Shown here piece after piece: positions 31,654 to 41,582 of a stretch of DNA of 64,000 nucleotides (position 1 is the stretch's first letter; each line of letters begins with the position of its first letter). The position numbers were made by a program, and so were the translations under genes. The stretch spans positions 1 through 64,000 of the forward strand of contig CAVUXE010000052.1 of assembly GCA_963745235.1 (NCBI GenBank), in the 5' to 3' direction. The notes beneath the pieces were generated by a model. That model saw only the letters and a program-made list of their open reading frames with translations. It was not told where the DNA came from and searched no databases. Source of the DNA: an uncultured Spirochaetota bacterium. GTDB lineage: Bacteria; Spirochaetota; Spirochaetia; SZUA-6; Fen-1364.

Positions 31654-32732
31654 TCGAAGCTCCTGTCCCGGACTTTCTTTCCGTCCGCCCAGACTTCTTC
31701 ACGCGTGCGCCGGTCCCCCTCGTAAAAGACCTTCAGGAACAGGACACCGGCGGAATACAGCTCCTCCGTTCGCGAGCTGTCGGGGCCATAGGATGTGACC
31801 TTCTCCAGGGAACCACGCCTGAGGTATTCCTCCCGCGTTGTCTTTCCCGCCGCGTCAAGGGTGTAACGCCATTCCTCCAGGCCGGCCGAGCTCCTGCTCA
31901 CCTTCCGGGTGACCCTCCCCTTCTCGTCACGCGAATACCCGTCTTCCTCCACGACCTTGCCCGCAATGGCAACAGATTCCGACTGGAGCCTTCCGGCAGG
32001 GTCAAAGGCGCGTGTGCTCACTTTGCCTTCCCCGGGGCGCTTTTCGACGGAAGAGAGGAGCTTGTCCGTGTCTTCGCGGTAGACGAAGTCCTCCCGCGAG
32101 ACCAGGTCTTTTCCTTTGCGGTGCTCTCTTTGAATGGCGCGCCCCCTGTCGTCATAGCGGGCAATGTAGGCGTCATCTCCGTCCTGGTTCCATTCCTCCG
32201 AGGGACCCGAGCGTCCCGCGACGAATGAGGAAACGCGCTCCTCTTCTTTTTCTCCCGTGCGCCTCACCTCGCGAAGGCTCCCCCGAGACGTATAGAAATA
32301 CTCCTCCGCGTACACGAGGGTGCCGTCCGGCGCAAGCACCCGCACCCTCAGGACGCGGGAGGAAGCGTAGGTGAAAAGAGACTTCTGGGTGAGCTTTCCC
32401 TTGCTGTACTGATCCTCTTCGGTGAGATCCCCGTTTGCGGCGTACACCCTGCGGGCAGCCAGCGCCCCACCGGCAAGCTCGCGCTCTTCCCTCCCGCCGT
32501 CGGCGGTGCCGGTGATCTCCCACCGTCGTGTTTCCTTGCCGTCCTGGAAAAGGCGCCGCACTTCACCGCCCGTCTTCGCGGTTACCTCGAGGACCCATTT
32601 CAGCTCGTCGCGGCGCCACGAAGGGATGGGCTCCAGCTGCATGCCGAAGTCATTCGACCTGTAGAGGGCCGCTGCCGCAAGGAGGGGAAGAGCGCTGAGG
32701 AGGAGGCACGGAATACAGAGACGCAGTCTCAC
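31650..32732 (-). CDS. Exported hypothetical protein built of beta-hairpin (MORN/YD-like) repeats
   Basis: Signal peptide; recurring Y...G.L..E units about every 22-24 aa; coupled to ftsY and the lol permease. Confidence 0.7.
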   Translation of the reverse strand: MRLRLCIPCLLLSALPLLAAAALYRSNDFGMQLEPIPSWRRDELKWVLEVTAKTGGEVRRLFQDGKETRRWEITGTADGGREERELAGGALAARRVYAANGDLTEEDQYSKGKLTQKSLFTYASSRVLRVRVLAPDGTLVYAEEYFYTSRGSLREVRRTGEKEEERVSSFVAGRSGPSEEWNQDGDDAYIARYDDRGRAIQREHRKGKDLVSREDFVYREDTDKLLSSVEKRPGEGKVSTRAFDPAGRLQSESVAIAGKVVEEDGYSRDEKGRVTRKVSRSSAGLEEWRYTLDAAGKTTREEYLRRGSLEKVTSYGPDSSRTEELYSAGVLFLKVFYEGDRRTREEVWADGKKVRDRSFD

Positions 32733-32733
32733 C

Positions 32734-33612
32734 TCATGACTCTCCGACGAGCGATTTCAGATAGAGGACCGGATCGAAGACGTGAAGGTCGTCGAGCGTT
32801 TCCCCGTCCGCCAGAAACGAGATGGGAACTCCGAGCTCGCGGCAGATGGGTACAACCATCCCCCCCTTGGCCGTGGAGTCCATTTTCGTAAGCACGATGG
32901 AATCTATCCCGACCGCCTTGTGGAAGACCTCCGCCTGCGCCAGCGAGTTCTGGCCGGTTGTCGCATCCACGACGAGAATCTTGCGGTATCCCGCTCCTCC
33001 CGTCCGCGACATCACGATCTTGTCGATCTTGGCAAGCTCCTTGACCAGCGCATCCCTGGTGTGGAGCCTGCCCGCCGTGTCCGCAATGACCAGCGGTATC
33101 CCCCTGGCCACGGCGCTGGAGATCCCGTCAAAGATGACCGCGCCGGGGTCCGCGCCCGGGTCCTGTGCAACAACGGGCATGTCCAGCCTCTGTCCAAGGA
33201 TCTTCAGCTGGTCGATGGCAGCGGCCCGGAACGTGTCTCCGGCTACCAGGAGAATGCGTTCAACGCCCCTGTTTGCGCGAAAATGCCGTGCCAGCTTGGC
33301 GATGGTCGTCGTCTTCCCGACGCCGTTCACGCCGAGCACCAGGATCACGTTCAGCGCATCCGGGACAATGGCGAGCTCCGCGGAAATCAGGTTCTTTCCC
33401 AGCACCTCCGTGAGCGCCCCGCGGAGCTCCTCACGGGTCCTGATGCCCTCCTTGCGAGCCGTCTCGCGCAGGGCCTCGATTGTCTCGGAAGCGTAGCGCA
33501 CGCCGACGTCCGCCTCGATCAGCGCGTCCTCGAGCTCCTCGTAGAACTTTCCGTCGATCTCCCGTGATCCGAAGATCTCCCGCAGCCGCTTTCCCAGACC
33601 TGCAAATGCCAT
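32734..33612 (-). CDS. ftsY: Signal recognition particle receptor FtsY
   Basis: GVNGVGKTTTIAKLA, DTFRAAA, DTAGR, DATTGQN, TKMDSTAKGG. Confidence 0.96.
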   Translation of the reverse strand: MAFAGLGKRLREIFGSREIDGKFYEELEDALIEADVGVRYASETIEALRETARKEGIRTREELRGALTEVLGKNLISAELAIVPDALNVILVLGVNGVGKTTTIAKLARHFRANRGVERILLVAGDTFRAAAIDQLKILGQRLDMPVVAQDPGADPGAVIFDGISSAVARGIPLVIADTAGRLHTRDALVKELAKIDKIVMSRTGGAGYRKILVVDATTGQNSLAQAEVFHKAVGIDSIVLTKMDSTAKGGMVVPICRELGVPISFLADGETLDDLHVFDPVLYLKSLVGES

Positions 33613-33621
33613 GTGTGCTTC

Positions 33622-35158
33622 CTACCCGGCGGTCCTGGTGGACACCGTGACGTAATGGATGATCCTGAACAGCATCCACGTGAAAAGCGAAGCGCTCACC
33701 ACCGTGCCGACGAGGTAACCCCCGTAGAACAGCGTGCCCCTGACCTGGGCGCTGGTGTACTGCGGGCCGCTGCCAAGCTCCCTCGCCTGCACGGCGGAGT
33801 CCAGCGCAAATGCGTAGCAGAAGAGGGGAACGGGAAGCGAGAGCGCGAACCACGTAAAGGCGTCATAGAAGTCGTTCCGCGCCTTCTTCTGGACCGCGTC
33901 CCGGGAAACCGTGTCAGGCTGCAGGACGAGGGAAAGCTCCGCCGGGGAGCTTTCGCTGATGGAGAAAGGCATGTCGTAGAAGCCCTGCGCCGTGATGTCC
34001 ACGCGCGTCCGGTCGAACGGCGTTTCGAGGGACAGCGGGGTCTTGCCCTTCCAGACGGATTCCACGTATACGTCCGCGCCGGATGGCGTGGATGAGATGA
34101 CGACAGTTCCCGTCTTCTCTTTCTCCAGGGTTACGGAGACTGAAGCTTCCTCTGCGTCCCCCAGCGACATCGTCTGGGTCAGATCGCGATATCCCGGCGC
34201 AGACACCTTGATGTCGAGGGTCCCCGGCGTCACGTACAGGAGCGGAGTCCGCCCGGTCGCCACCAGCTTCCCGCCGACGAACAGGGAGCCCCCCGGCGGA
34301 TCCGGGGTGAAGGAAATGGCGGCCCAGGGCTTCCCGAGGAACAGTCCGGTGAGCTGCCTGCCCGCCGGGGGCACGGACTGGTACACCTCGTCCCTCCGCG
34401 CCGCATCCCGGTAGCTCACGACCACGGAGTTGCTGGCCGCATCGTATGCCCACACGTCGAGCAGCACGTAGCCCTCCACGTCGCGGACCATGCCGCCGAC
34501 AAGGAGGTCGATCCCCTGGCGCTCGCAGAACACGGAGGCCGGGATGGAAAGCGCATCGAACAGCTTGCCCACCCCGCTTCCCTCTTTGACCGAAAGGGGC
34601 TTTTGCTCCGCCACCTTGATGAGGGTGAGGTCCATGGACTTGAGAAAGTCTCTTCGCGCAAGCGCAAGGGTGATTTTCGCGTCCACGGCCGAGGTGGGTG
34701 GAATTGTGGCGTCAATGGCGTTGAGGAGAAGCGCGTCACGCTCCTTGTACAGGGCAGTGACGTTCTGGTCCACCGTGGTCAGCTCGTGAGCTATCAGGGC
34801 ATGGCGCACCCTGTCACGGTCCGTCGCGGGCAGCGAATGAACGGAGATCCCCGCCAGCTGGTTTTTCAGCATCAGTGGGATGCTGTACGTGAGGTACTGG
34901 TCCTCGGGGGGCACCCGTTCCGCATTGAGGGCGCAGAACCCGACCACCCACGTGTCCTTCTTGTCCACCGGGACCGACAGATCGGGCTTTCCGGTGCCTG
35001 ACTGCGGCGGCCGGCGACGGCGGAGTGGTGGACCCGGCGGCCGTGGGCGGTGGCCGTGGGGACCCGGGAGCTTGCGATGCGCCGGGGAGCGTCACCTGCG
35101 CCGCGAGGGGCAGGAGAGGAAGGCACAGGAGCAGCAGGACGGCCTCAGCGCTTTTCAT
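33622..35158 (-). CDS. PEGA-domain membrane/exported protein; frameshift near 35000
   Basis: Signal peptide MKSAEAVLLLL..., Pro/Ala/Thr linker, two PEGA units (FTPDPPG..GRTP; ISSTPSGADVY..GKTP), C-terminal TMs. Confidence 0.8.
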
Positions 35159-35526
35159 CACACGATGTTGAGCGCCTTCTTGAGGGCCGAGACCACTCTC
35201 TGAGGCTGAAAGGGCTTGACGATGAAATCTTTCGCGCCCATCTCGATTGCCTGGATGATCAGGCGCTGCTGGCCGATGGCGGAGCACATGATGATGCGGG
35301 CCGCGGGGTCGACCTCGCGGATCTTCTTGAGCGCGGTGAGACCGTCCATTCCCGGCATGGTGATGTCCATCAGCACCACGTCCGGCCTCGTGTCGAGGTA
35401 CCGGGCAATCGCCTCGTCTCCATTGGAGGCTTCCCCTACCACGCGGAAGCCGGACTTTTCCAGGATGTCGCGGAGGACGATCTTGATGAAAGCAAGGTCG
35501 TCAACTATCAGTACGTTGACCGCCAT
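35158..35526 (-). CDS. cheY: Single-domain CheY-type response regulator
   Basis: IVDD, MDITMP.MDG, CSAIGQ, DFIVKPF. Confidence 0.9.
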   Translation of the reverse strand: MAVNVLIVDDLAFIKIVLRDILEKSGFRVVGEASNGDEAIARYLDTRPDVVLMDITMPGMDGLTALKKIREVDPAARIIMCSAIGQQRLIIQAIEMGAKDFIVKPFQPQRVVSALKKALNIV

Positions 35527-36629
35527 CTTTCTTCCCGAGCCATTGCTGCTTCAGGTACGCTTCGATGAAGGGATCGATCTCCCCGTCCATGACGGCCTGG
35601 ATGTTGCCGACCTCCTGCTTGGTGCGGTGGTCCTTGACCAGCGTATAGGGCTGGAAGGTGTACGATCGGATCTGATTGCCCCAGGAGATGTCCTTCTTCT
35701 CCTGCGCCAGCTTCTCTTTCTCCTTGTCCTGCTCTTCCTTGTAGTGCTCGTACAGGCGGGAGCGAAGGACCTTCATCGCGAACGCCTTGTTCTTGTACTG
35801 GCTGCGCTCGTTCTGGCACTGGACGACGATCCCGGTGGGGAGGTGCGTTATGCGCACCGCTGAGTCCGTCTTGTTCACGTGCTGACCGCCGGCGCCTCCC
35901 GCGCGATACGTATCTATGCGCAGGTCCTCAGGACGGATGTCCACCTCGATGGTGTCATCCAGGACCGGGAAGCAGAAGACGGAAGCAAAGGAGGTATGGC
36001 GCCGCGCGTTGGAGTCGAAGGGGGAAATGCGCACGAGCCTGTGGATGCCGGTTTCCGACTTGAGATAGCCGTATGCGTAGTCCCCGTTCACCTGCAGGGT
36101 GACGCTCTTGATTCCCCCTTCCCCCTCCAGGATGTCGATGATGTCCGCCGTGTACCCGCGCCGCTCCGACCACCGCGTGTACATGCGCAGAAGCATGGCC
36201 GCCCAGTCGTTCGCTTCGTTCCCGCCGGCCCCTGAATGGATGGTGAGAAAGGCAGACGAGGCATCCGCCTCTTCCCCCAGGAGCTCGAGAACCTTCAGGT
36301 CGGAGTACTTCTTCGACAGGGTGTCCCAGGTGCGGCGCAGGTCCTCCTCAAGGGACTCGTCTTTCTCCTCCAGGGCCATGCGCCACAGCCCGGCGAGGTC
36401 CTCATACTCGGAACGCAGCTTCTCCCATGGCTCGTACCTTCCCTTCAGCTCTTTCAGCCGGGACAACGCCTTGCCGGCCTGTTCCTTGTCCAGCCAGAAA
36501 TCGGGCTGCGCGGTTTGCTTCTCGATCTCCGCGATCTGCCTCTTCAGAGCTTCCGGGTCAAAGACCCCTCCAGGTTTCCTGGATCTGCTCTCCGAGGGAT
36601 GTGAGTTTCTGTTCGAGCTCTCCTAGCAC
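35501..36629 (-). CDS. prfB: Peptide chain release factor 2 with programmed +1 frameshift
   Basis: GTG start at 36629; internal SD GGAGGGG then CTT TGA C at 36563-36557; SPF and GGQ motifs downstream. Confidence 0.97.
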
Positions 36630-36639
36630 GGGTGCCCCT

Positions 36640-36912
36640 TCATGTCTTGACGATCAGCCTTCGCCACTTCTTTTCCTTGAGGATGGTGATCGCCAGTGTT
36701 CCCTCCACCGGATACTGGTAGAGGCGTATGCTGTCATACGAGTCCGCAATGCCGTCAAGATCCCTTTTCAGCCGACGCAGCGCGGTCTCCGAAACCGTGG
36801 TGCTCTCAAAGGCGTCCTTCAGGACCTTCTTGAAGCCGTACTGGCCCAGGATATCATGGCCGGACCTGCGATGGTCATCGTTCGCGAACTCGCAGGCTAC
36901 AGCGACAAACAT
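36640..36912 (-). CDS. cas2: Stand-alone Cas2-like (ferredoxin-fold) protein, 90 aa
   Basis: MFVAVACEF-helix-QYGFKKVLKDAFES-helix-DSIRLYQY matches the Cas2 pattern (YG..vQ.SvFE; DsiRiY). Confidence 0.72.
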   Translation of the reverse strand: MFVAVACEFANDDHRRSGHDILGQYGFKKVLKDAFESTTVSETALRRLKRDLDGIADSYDSIRLYQYPVEGTLAITILKEKKWRRLIVKT

Positions 36913-36920
36913 ATCGCTTG

Positions 36921-36949
36921 AGTGTATGAGTTTGCCCGGCATCTGTCAA
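36921..36949 (-). promoter_or_regulatory. Near-consensus sigma70 promoter of the cas2-prfB operon (leaderless type)
   Basis: TTGACA(36949-36944)-17 nt-TACACT(36926-36921)-8 nt-ATG. Confidence 0.7.
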
Positions 36950-37041
36950 ATGGAGAACCCGTCCCGTCCTGTCCCGTTCGGAAACCGATTGCACTGGACA
37001 ATGGGTTGGAATCTCACAACAATAGAGGTTGTGGAGGTATC

Positions 37042-38295
37042 ATGACGCGGGGACGCGGCCGCGCGGCCGTGATTGCGCTCTTTTTTCTTTCATCCGTCCT
37101 CGTTTTTTCTCTGGATGAAGAGGAATTGCCGTTTCCGTTTGTCTCTCTGCTCAAGGCGGAGGTGGCTGGTTTCCAGATCAAGCTCAGCTGGAGAGACGCT
37201 CCGGAAACCGTGACGAGGTACCTCGTCTACCGGTACACGGAGGAGTTGACGGCGGAGAACCTCGCAATGGCCCAGATGATCGGCCAGGTCGCCCCGGGCG
37301 TGCAGTTCTTCATCGATACTCCGCCTGATGAGAAAGCGTACTTCTACTCGGTCCTCGCCCAGGATTCCGGGGGCAAGATGTTCTCCACTCTCATCCCGTT
37401 TCGCAACAAGACCCTCGCCGGAGTGGCCGTCACCACGCCAGCCACCGAAGAGCAGGCAGCCGCGCGGATCAGCGGCATCCATGCGGCACCCATTCCCGGC
37501 AGTGACGGAATAGAGGTCACATTCCAATCCTCGAACCCGGGCAGGGACCTGCTTCTCTTCCGAAGCACGGCCCCGATCATGATCGCGGAAGATCTCCTGC
37601 GCTCCGCCTCGGCAACGCAGCTGGACGCGGGGACGACTCAAACCGCTGTCCCTGTGCTTCCCGGTGTCGACTACTGGTTCACCGTGGTGGACGCCGGCCT
37701 GTACAAGCTGGGCAGAGTTCCCCTTGCTCGGGGAACCAACACGACCCTGGATCCGGTTCAGATTCCCGTGGGAAACGGCAGCGCTTCCCTCCCTCCAATG
37801 CCGCCCCGGCGACCTCTTCCCCTGCCCTCCCTGGAGATCACCTACGGAATACAGACCGGACGGCAGCTGCCCGGAGTTTCCTTCCCCGGACTGCCTCCCG
37901 AGCGGTCAATCTCCGCGGCAACCCAGAAGGCGTTGTCGATCCTCCTCGCGGCAGCTCCCCGTCCCCTTCAGAAGGAAATGGTCCGCACCGTGCTGCCTTC
38001 CGAAGCCACGCCTTCTCCCGACAGCGAGGAGGCCCTTCTGCAGGCCATCGTCAAGGGCCCTTTCATGAGCGGCGACGTCCCGTCCGCGGAGGGCGAGCTC
38101 CTGGACTTCCTTTCCCTGCGGCGCGCCGCGGACGTGCAGGCCCGCGCCCACTACTACCTCGGCCAGGCCTATTTCTTTGACAAGCGCCCGCGGGAGGCGC
38201 TCCTGGAGTTCCTCCTTGCAGAAGACCCCTACTACCATGAAGTGGATCAGTGGAAGGACGCGTGCTTCCAGCAGCTGGAGAAGGAAGACGACTAG
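37042..38295 (+). CDS. Exported hypothetical protein: beta-rich (FN3-like) N-terminal domains, Pro-rich linker, C-terminal TPR
   Basis: SD GGAGG before ATG at 37042; signal peptide; AHYYLGQAYF TPR. Confidence 0.7.
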   Translation: MTRGRGRAAVIALFFLSSVLVFSLDEEELPFPFVSLLKAEVAGFQIKLSWRDAPETVTRYLVYRYTEELTAENLAMAQMIGQVAPGVQFFIDTPPDEKAYFYSVLAQDSGGKMFSTLIPFRNKTLAGVAVTTPATEEQAAARISGIHAAPIPGSDGIEVTFQSSNPGRDLLLFRSTAPIMIAEDLLRSASATQLDAGTTQTAVPVLPGVDYWFTVVDAGLYKLGRVPLARGTNTTLDPVQIPVGNGSASLPPMPPRRPLPLPSLEITYGIQTGRQLPGVSFPGLPPERSISAATQKALSILLAAAPRPLQKEMVRTVLPSEATPSPDSEEALLQAIVKGPFMSGDVPSAEGELLDFLSLRRAADVQARAHYYLGQAYFFDKRPREALLEFLLAEDPYYHEVDQWKDACFQQLEKEDD

Positions 38296-38304
38296 GAGCC
38301 CGCC

Positions 38305-40311
38305 TCAGGCGCTCGGTGTCTTCTCGAAGCCCACGCTCAGGTGATTCTCCCAGGACTCCGCGGGCTGCAGGCGCAGATCCCACTGCTGGATGAAACAGTG
38401 GAACTGGAAGATCGGGCTGCGGTCAGGCACGCCCGGGGTCAGCGTTTCCACGGGCAGGCTCCAGCACAGAAAAGGCTTCGCTGACGAAAGGGTTATGGAA
38501 ACCTCGTTTCGCACGTCACGCACCAGAAGTCCCTGGACACCTTCGATCTGCTGCTGGTCCGAGCTTATTTCCGATTTCCTGTCCTCATCGAGCAGGAACA
38601 ACCTCCCGCTCTCCACGCTGCGCTCCGCGAGGGAAACGTTCATTTCCACGCCGAACCTCGCGGCCATCTCCGCGTCTCCGAGATTCGAAACCTTGTAGTA
38701 GACGTCGATCGACCGGGGGCGGAACACGAACCTCTTTTCGATCCCCGCCATCTGGCCGGGGCTCACGGCGGCTGTTCTTCTCATCAGGAGCTCAGGCAGC
38801 GCGCGGTTGAGCTCCACCAGGTCGTAGGGTCCCGCGAGGAAGTCTCCGGCCTCGGCATATCGACCGGAGCGGAACTCCTCCAGTGAGCAGTCAGGCGGGA
38901 GAAAGTGGTCCAGGAAGGCCTTGCGGGGGTACAGTGTCCCGGGACGGGCGTCTCCGCCGTCCCGTTGCACCATGGTGTCCAGGTAGTTCCACGAAGCGGG
39001 AAGGAAGTCCAGCTCGAACAGCGCTCCTCCCGTGGCATGAATGTAGGCGTTGAGCTCGGAGCCCTGGTACAGGTACTCGATGCCGTTGTCCAGGTCGTAG
39101 TCGACGCTCATGATGGACGGGACGAAGATTTCCGTTGCGCGCGTGATCTTCTCCGCTTCGATCAGGGAATGGTAGACCGCCTTCCTCAGCAGGTTGTCGT
39201 AGATCCCGCCTTCGACTCCCGACCAGTACGCGAAGTGGCACTGCCCTTTCCACAGCTCGTTCTGCGCCGCCTTTTTCTTGTACCTGTCCCCCCGGACCTG
39301 GTTCACGATCACATGGGTGTACATCATCTTCGCGTACATGAGCCACGCCTCGGGGTACCGGGTGAGGAACTGGCGGAAATGTCCGCCGACGACGAACCTC
39401 TCTGAATCTGACTCCGTGAGGCTCCTCTGCCGGGCCTCGAGGTATTTCCCGCGTACGTCGGGGGCAAGCGCCCATCCCATCATGTCCATGGACGACAGGG
39501 AGGGAACGTACAGTCGCTCGCCGGGCGGATGCTCTCTCAGGTATTGACCCGGGGTCGTTGCCTGGAGCCAGCCGCGGCTTTCCTCCGTCATACGGATGAA
39601 CTTCTCCAGCCAGTCTCCCCTCAGGAAGCCCTCCGAGGCGGAGATCCCGTCCTCCAGCAGGATTGCGACGGGCGCGACCTCCCGGGGGCCGGATGAGGAA
39701 CCTTCCGCAACCGACTTCAGGAATGAGATGACTGCGGCGGGATCTTCCCGCGCGGCCAGCGAGCGCAGATGGCCCGAGATGGGGAAAAGCGATATGATTT
39801 TGCCCTGGTCTTCGGCGATGGCGGGCCGGAGCACGCGGTCTTCCCGGACGCCGGCAATGCGGAACTGTCCGTCGTCCAGAAACGTGTAGTCGATCCCGCT
39901 CACCCGCAGGACCGATGCGAGGGAAGGCTCCCAGACCTTCTCCGCAATCCAGCACCCCCGCGGTCGGATCTCGAACCGACCCCGAAGCCACGTGGTCATT
40001 TTTTCGAGCTGCCCGAGCTTGTCGTTGGTCGGGATGAGGGAGAGGACGGGATCGAAGTATCCCCCGCCGAGCACCTCCACCTGCCCCCGCTTGACCATCT
40101 CCTCCAGGAGCATGAGAAACTCGGGGTGAAACTCCTCCAGCCACTCCAGGAGCACGCCGCTGTAATGCAGCACCACGGGAAAGTCCGGGTACCGGTAGAG
40201 CACGGCAAGCAGAGGCTTAAAGGCCTTCTGGTAACGTCTTTCCGCGGCGTTTTGATCCGTGCCGATGGGGATGTGGTTGTGCGTGCCCAGGATGAGCTGG
40301 ACTTTTCCCAT
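38305..40311 (-). CDS. GH57 alpha-amylase/4-alpha-glucanotransferase
   Basis: HNHIP, HYSG, GGGYFDP, WIAEKVWEP, FRQFL.RYPE, C-terminal beta-sandwich. Confidence 0.88.
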   Translation of the reverse strand: MGKVQLILGTHNHIPIGTDQNAAERRYQKAFKPLLAVLYRYPDFPVVLHYSGVLLEWLEEFHPEFLMLLEEMVKRGQVEVLGGGYFDPVLSLIPTNDKLGQLEKMTTWLRGRFEIRPRGCWIAEKVWEPSLASVLRVSGIDYTFLDDGQFRIAGVREDRVLRPAIAEDQGKIISLFPISGHLRSLAAREDPAAVISFLKSVAEGSSSGPREVAPVAILLEDGISASEGFLRGDWLEKFIRMTEESRGWLQATTPGQYLREHPPGERLYVPSLSSMDMMGWALAPDVRGKYLEARQRSLTESDSERFVVGGHFRQFLTRYPEAWLMYAKMMYTHVIVNQVRGDRYKKKAAQNELWKGQCHFAYWSGVEGGIYDNLLRKAVYHSLIEAEKITRATEIFVPSIMSVDYDLDNGIEYLYQGSELNAYIHATGGALFELDFLPASWNYLDTMVQRDGGDARPGTLYPRKAFLDHFLPPDCSLEEFRSGRYAEAGDFLAGPYDLVELNRALPELLMRRTAAVSPGQMAGIEKRFVFRPRSIDVYYKVSNLGDAEMAARFGVEMNVSLAERSVESGRLFLLDEDRKSEISSDQQQIEGVQGLLVRDVRNEVSITLSSAKPFLCWSLPVETLTPGVPDRSPIFQFHCFIQQWDLRLQPAESWENHLSVGFEKTPSA

Positions 40312-40323
40312 GATCTGTTTTTC

Positions 40324-40920
40324 CTACCACCCCTGAAAGAGCCGGGAGAGAAAGGCCCTGTCGAATGCCATGAAGGCGTACGCAAGAAGCCCCGCGGATA
40401 TGAGGTGCAGCGGCAGGCCGCGCAGCCATTCCGGCACCTTTTCCACCTCCAGCCGCTCGCGGATTGCCGTCAGCAGGGTGAGCGCGATGAAGAACCCTCC
40501 GCCGGCGGCAAGCCCCACGACGAGGCTCTGCAACGCGGTGAAGCCGCCCTTCGCGGCTATCAGGACAACCCCCAGGGTGGCGCAATTGACGGCTATCCCG
40601 GCCAGGGGAATCCCCGCGGCGCGTAGGAGCTGGGGGACGGCGCGGCGCGCCACGACATCCAGGAGGCCGGCCAGGCCCGCAACCGCCAGGACAAATGCGG
40701 GAGTTCGGAGGAACTCCAGGCCGAGGGGGCGAAGCAGGAAGGATTCAAGCGCCCACGCGGCAAGCGCGGACAGGCTCATGAGCAATGCGGTTGCCGCCGA
40801 GGTGCCGGCGGTGGCGCGCATTCCCCCCGGCGATCCGACGCACGGGCATATCCCCAGGAGCCGCGAAAGCACGATGTTGTCGACCAGCGAGAATGTGAGG
40901 ATGATCCCGAGCAGGCTCAT
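40324..40920 (-). CDS. rnfA: Rnf complex subunit A
   Basis: LGICP, VNCA.LG, IRERLE...VP..LRGLP, AFMAF. Confidence 0.88.
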   Translation of the reverse strand: MSLLGIILTFSLVDNIVLSRLLGICPCVGSPGGMRATAGTSAATALLMSLSALAAWALESFLLRPLGLEFLRTPAFVLAVAGLAGLLDVVARRAVPQLLRAAGIPLAGIAVNCATLGVVLIAAKGGFTALQSLVVGLAAGGGFFIALTLLTAIRERLEVEKVPEWLRGLPLHLISAGLLAYAFMAFDRAFLSRLFQGW

Positions 40921-41582
40921 GCGCGCTCAGCCCCCTTCACCCGCCGCACAAGCCGCGCGGCGCCTGCCAGGTAGCCCAGGCAGAGAAGGCCGCCGCCCGC
41001 GTAAACCAGGGCGCGTGCAGGGGCAAGGGAAATACCGCCCACGGCGATGGTCCCGCCAAAGGAACCTATGGGGAAGAGCGTTATGGTCCCGGACCCAAGG
41101 GTTTCGCGGATGAGAGAGATCACGATCAGGGAGAGGGCGAATCCCGCGCCAAGACCGCTGGCCTGCCCCAGCGACCTGCCGATTTCTCCAGGACCCGCCG
41201 GTTCCTGGGAGCCCCTCCCCGCGAGGCGGTCCAACACGATGCAGTTCACGGCGATGAGCGGAGCGTATATTCCCAGGCCGGCGCTCTCATCAGGGGCGAA
41301 TGCCCCCAGAACCAGCTCGAAGCTGGCCGTGAAGCAGGAGGCGAGGAACAACAGGCTCAGCCAGTCCGTCATGTGCCCCGTGCCGGACCCTGGAAAGCTG
41401 AAGGCCTTGAGGATTTCCAGGCTGAGGCGCGTGAGAAGCAGGACGAGGATGAGCCCCGCTGACATCCACAAGGCATCGATCACCCGGCCGGTCACCGCCG
41501 CTGCGGGGCAGAGGCCGACCAGCATCACCGCGACGGGATTGTTCCGGAACAATCCGCCCGACCGTGTTGAGGGACCATTCAT
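40917..41582 (-). CDS. rnfE: Rnf complex subunit E
   Basis: C-terminal part of ORF 40917..42689: NNPV...GLCP, LGIY.PLI.VNCI, IRETLGSG. Confidence 0.85.
   Translation of the reverse strand: MNGPSTRSGGLFRNNPVAVMLVGLCPAAAVTGRVIDALWMSAGLILVLLLTRLSLEILKAFSFPGSGTGHMTDWLSLLFLASCFTASFELVLGAFAPDESAGLGIYAPLIAVNCIVLDRLAGRGSQEPAGPGEIGRSLGQASGLGAGFALSLIVISLIRETLGSGTITLFPIGSFGGTIAVGGISLAPARALVYAGGGLLCLGYLAGAARLVRRVKGAERA

Noticed and set aside
29239-31725. 828-aa plus-strand ORF
   Set aside because: Antisense shadow of the lol genes, expected in GC-rich DNA; no motifs
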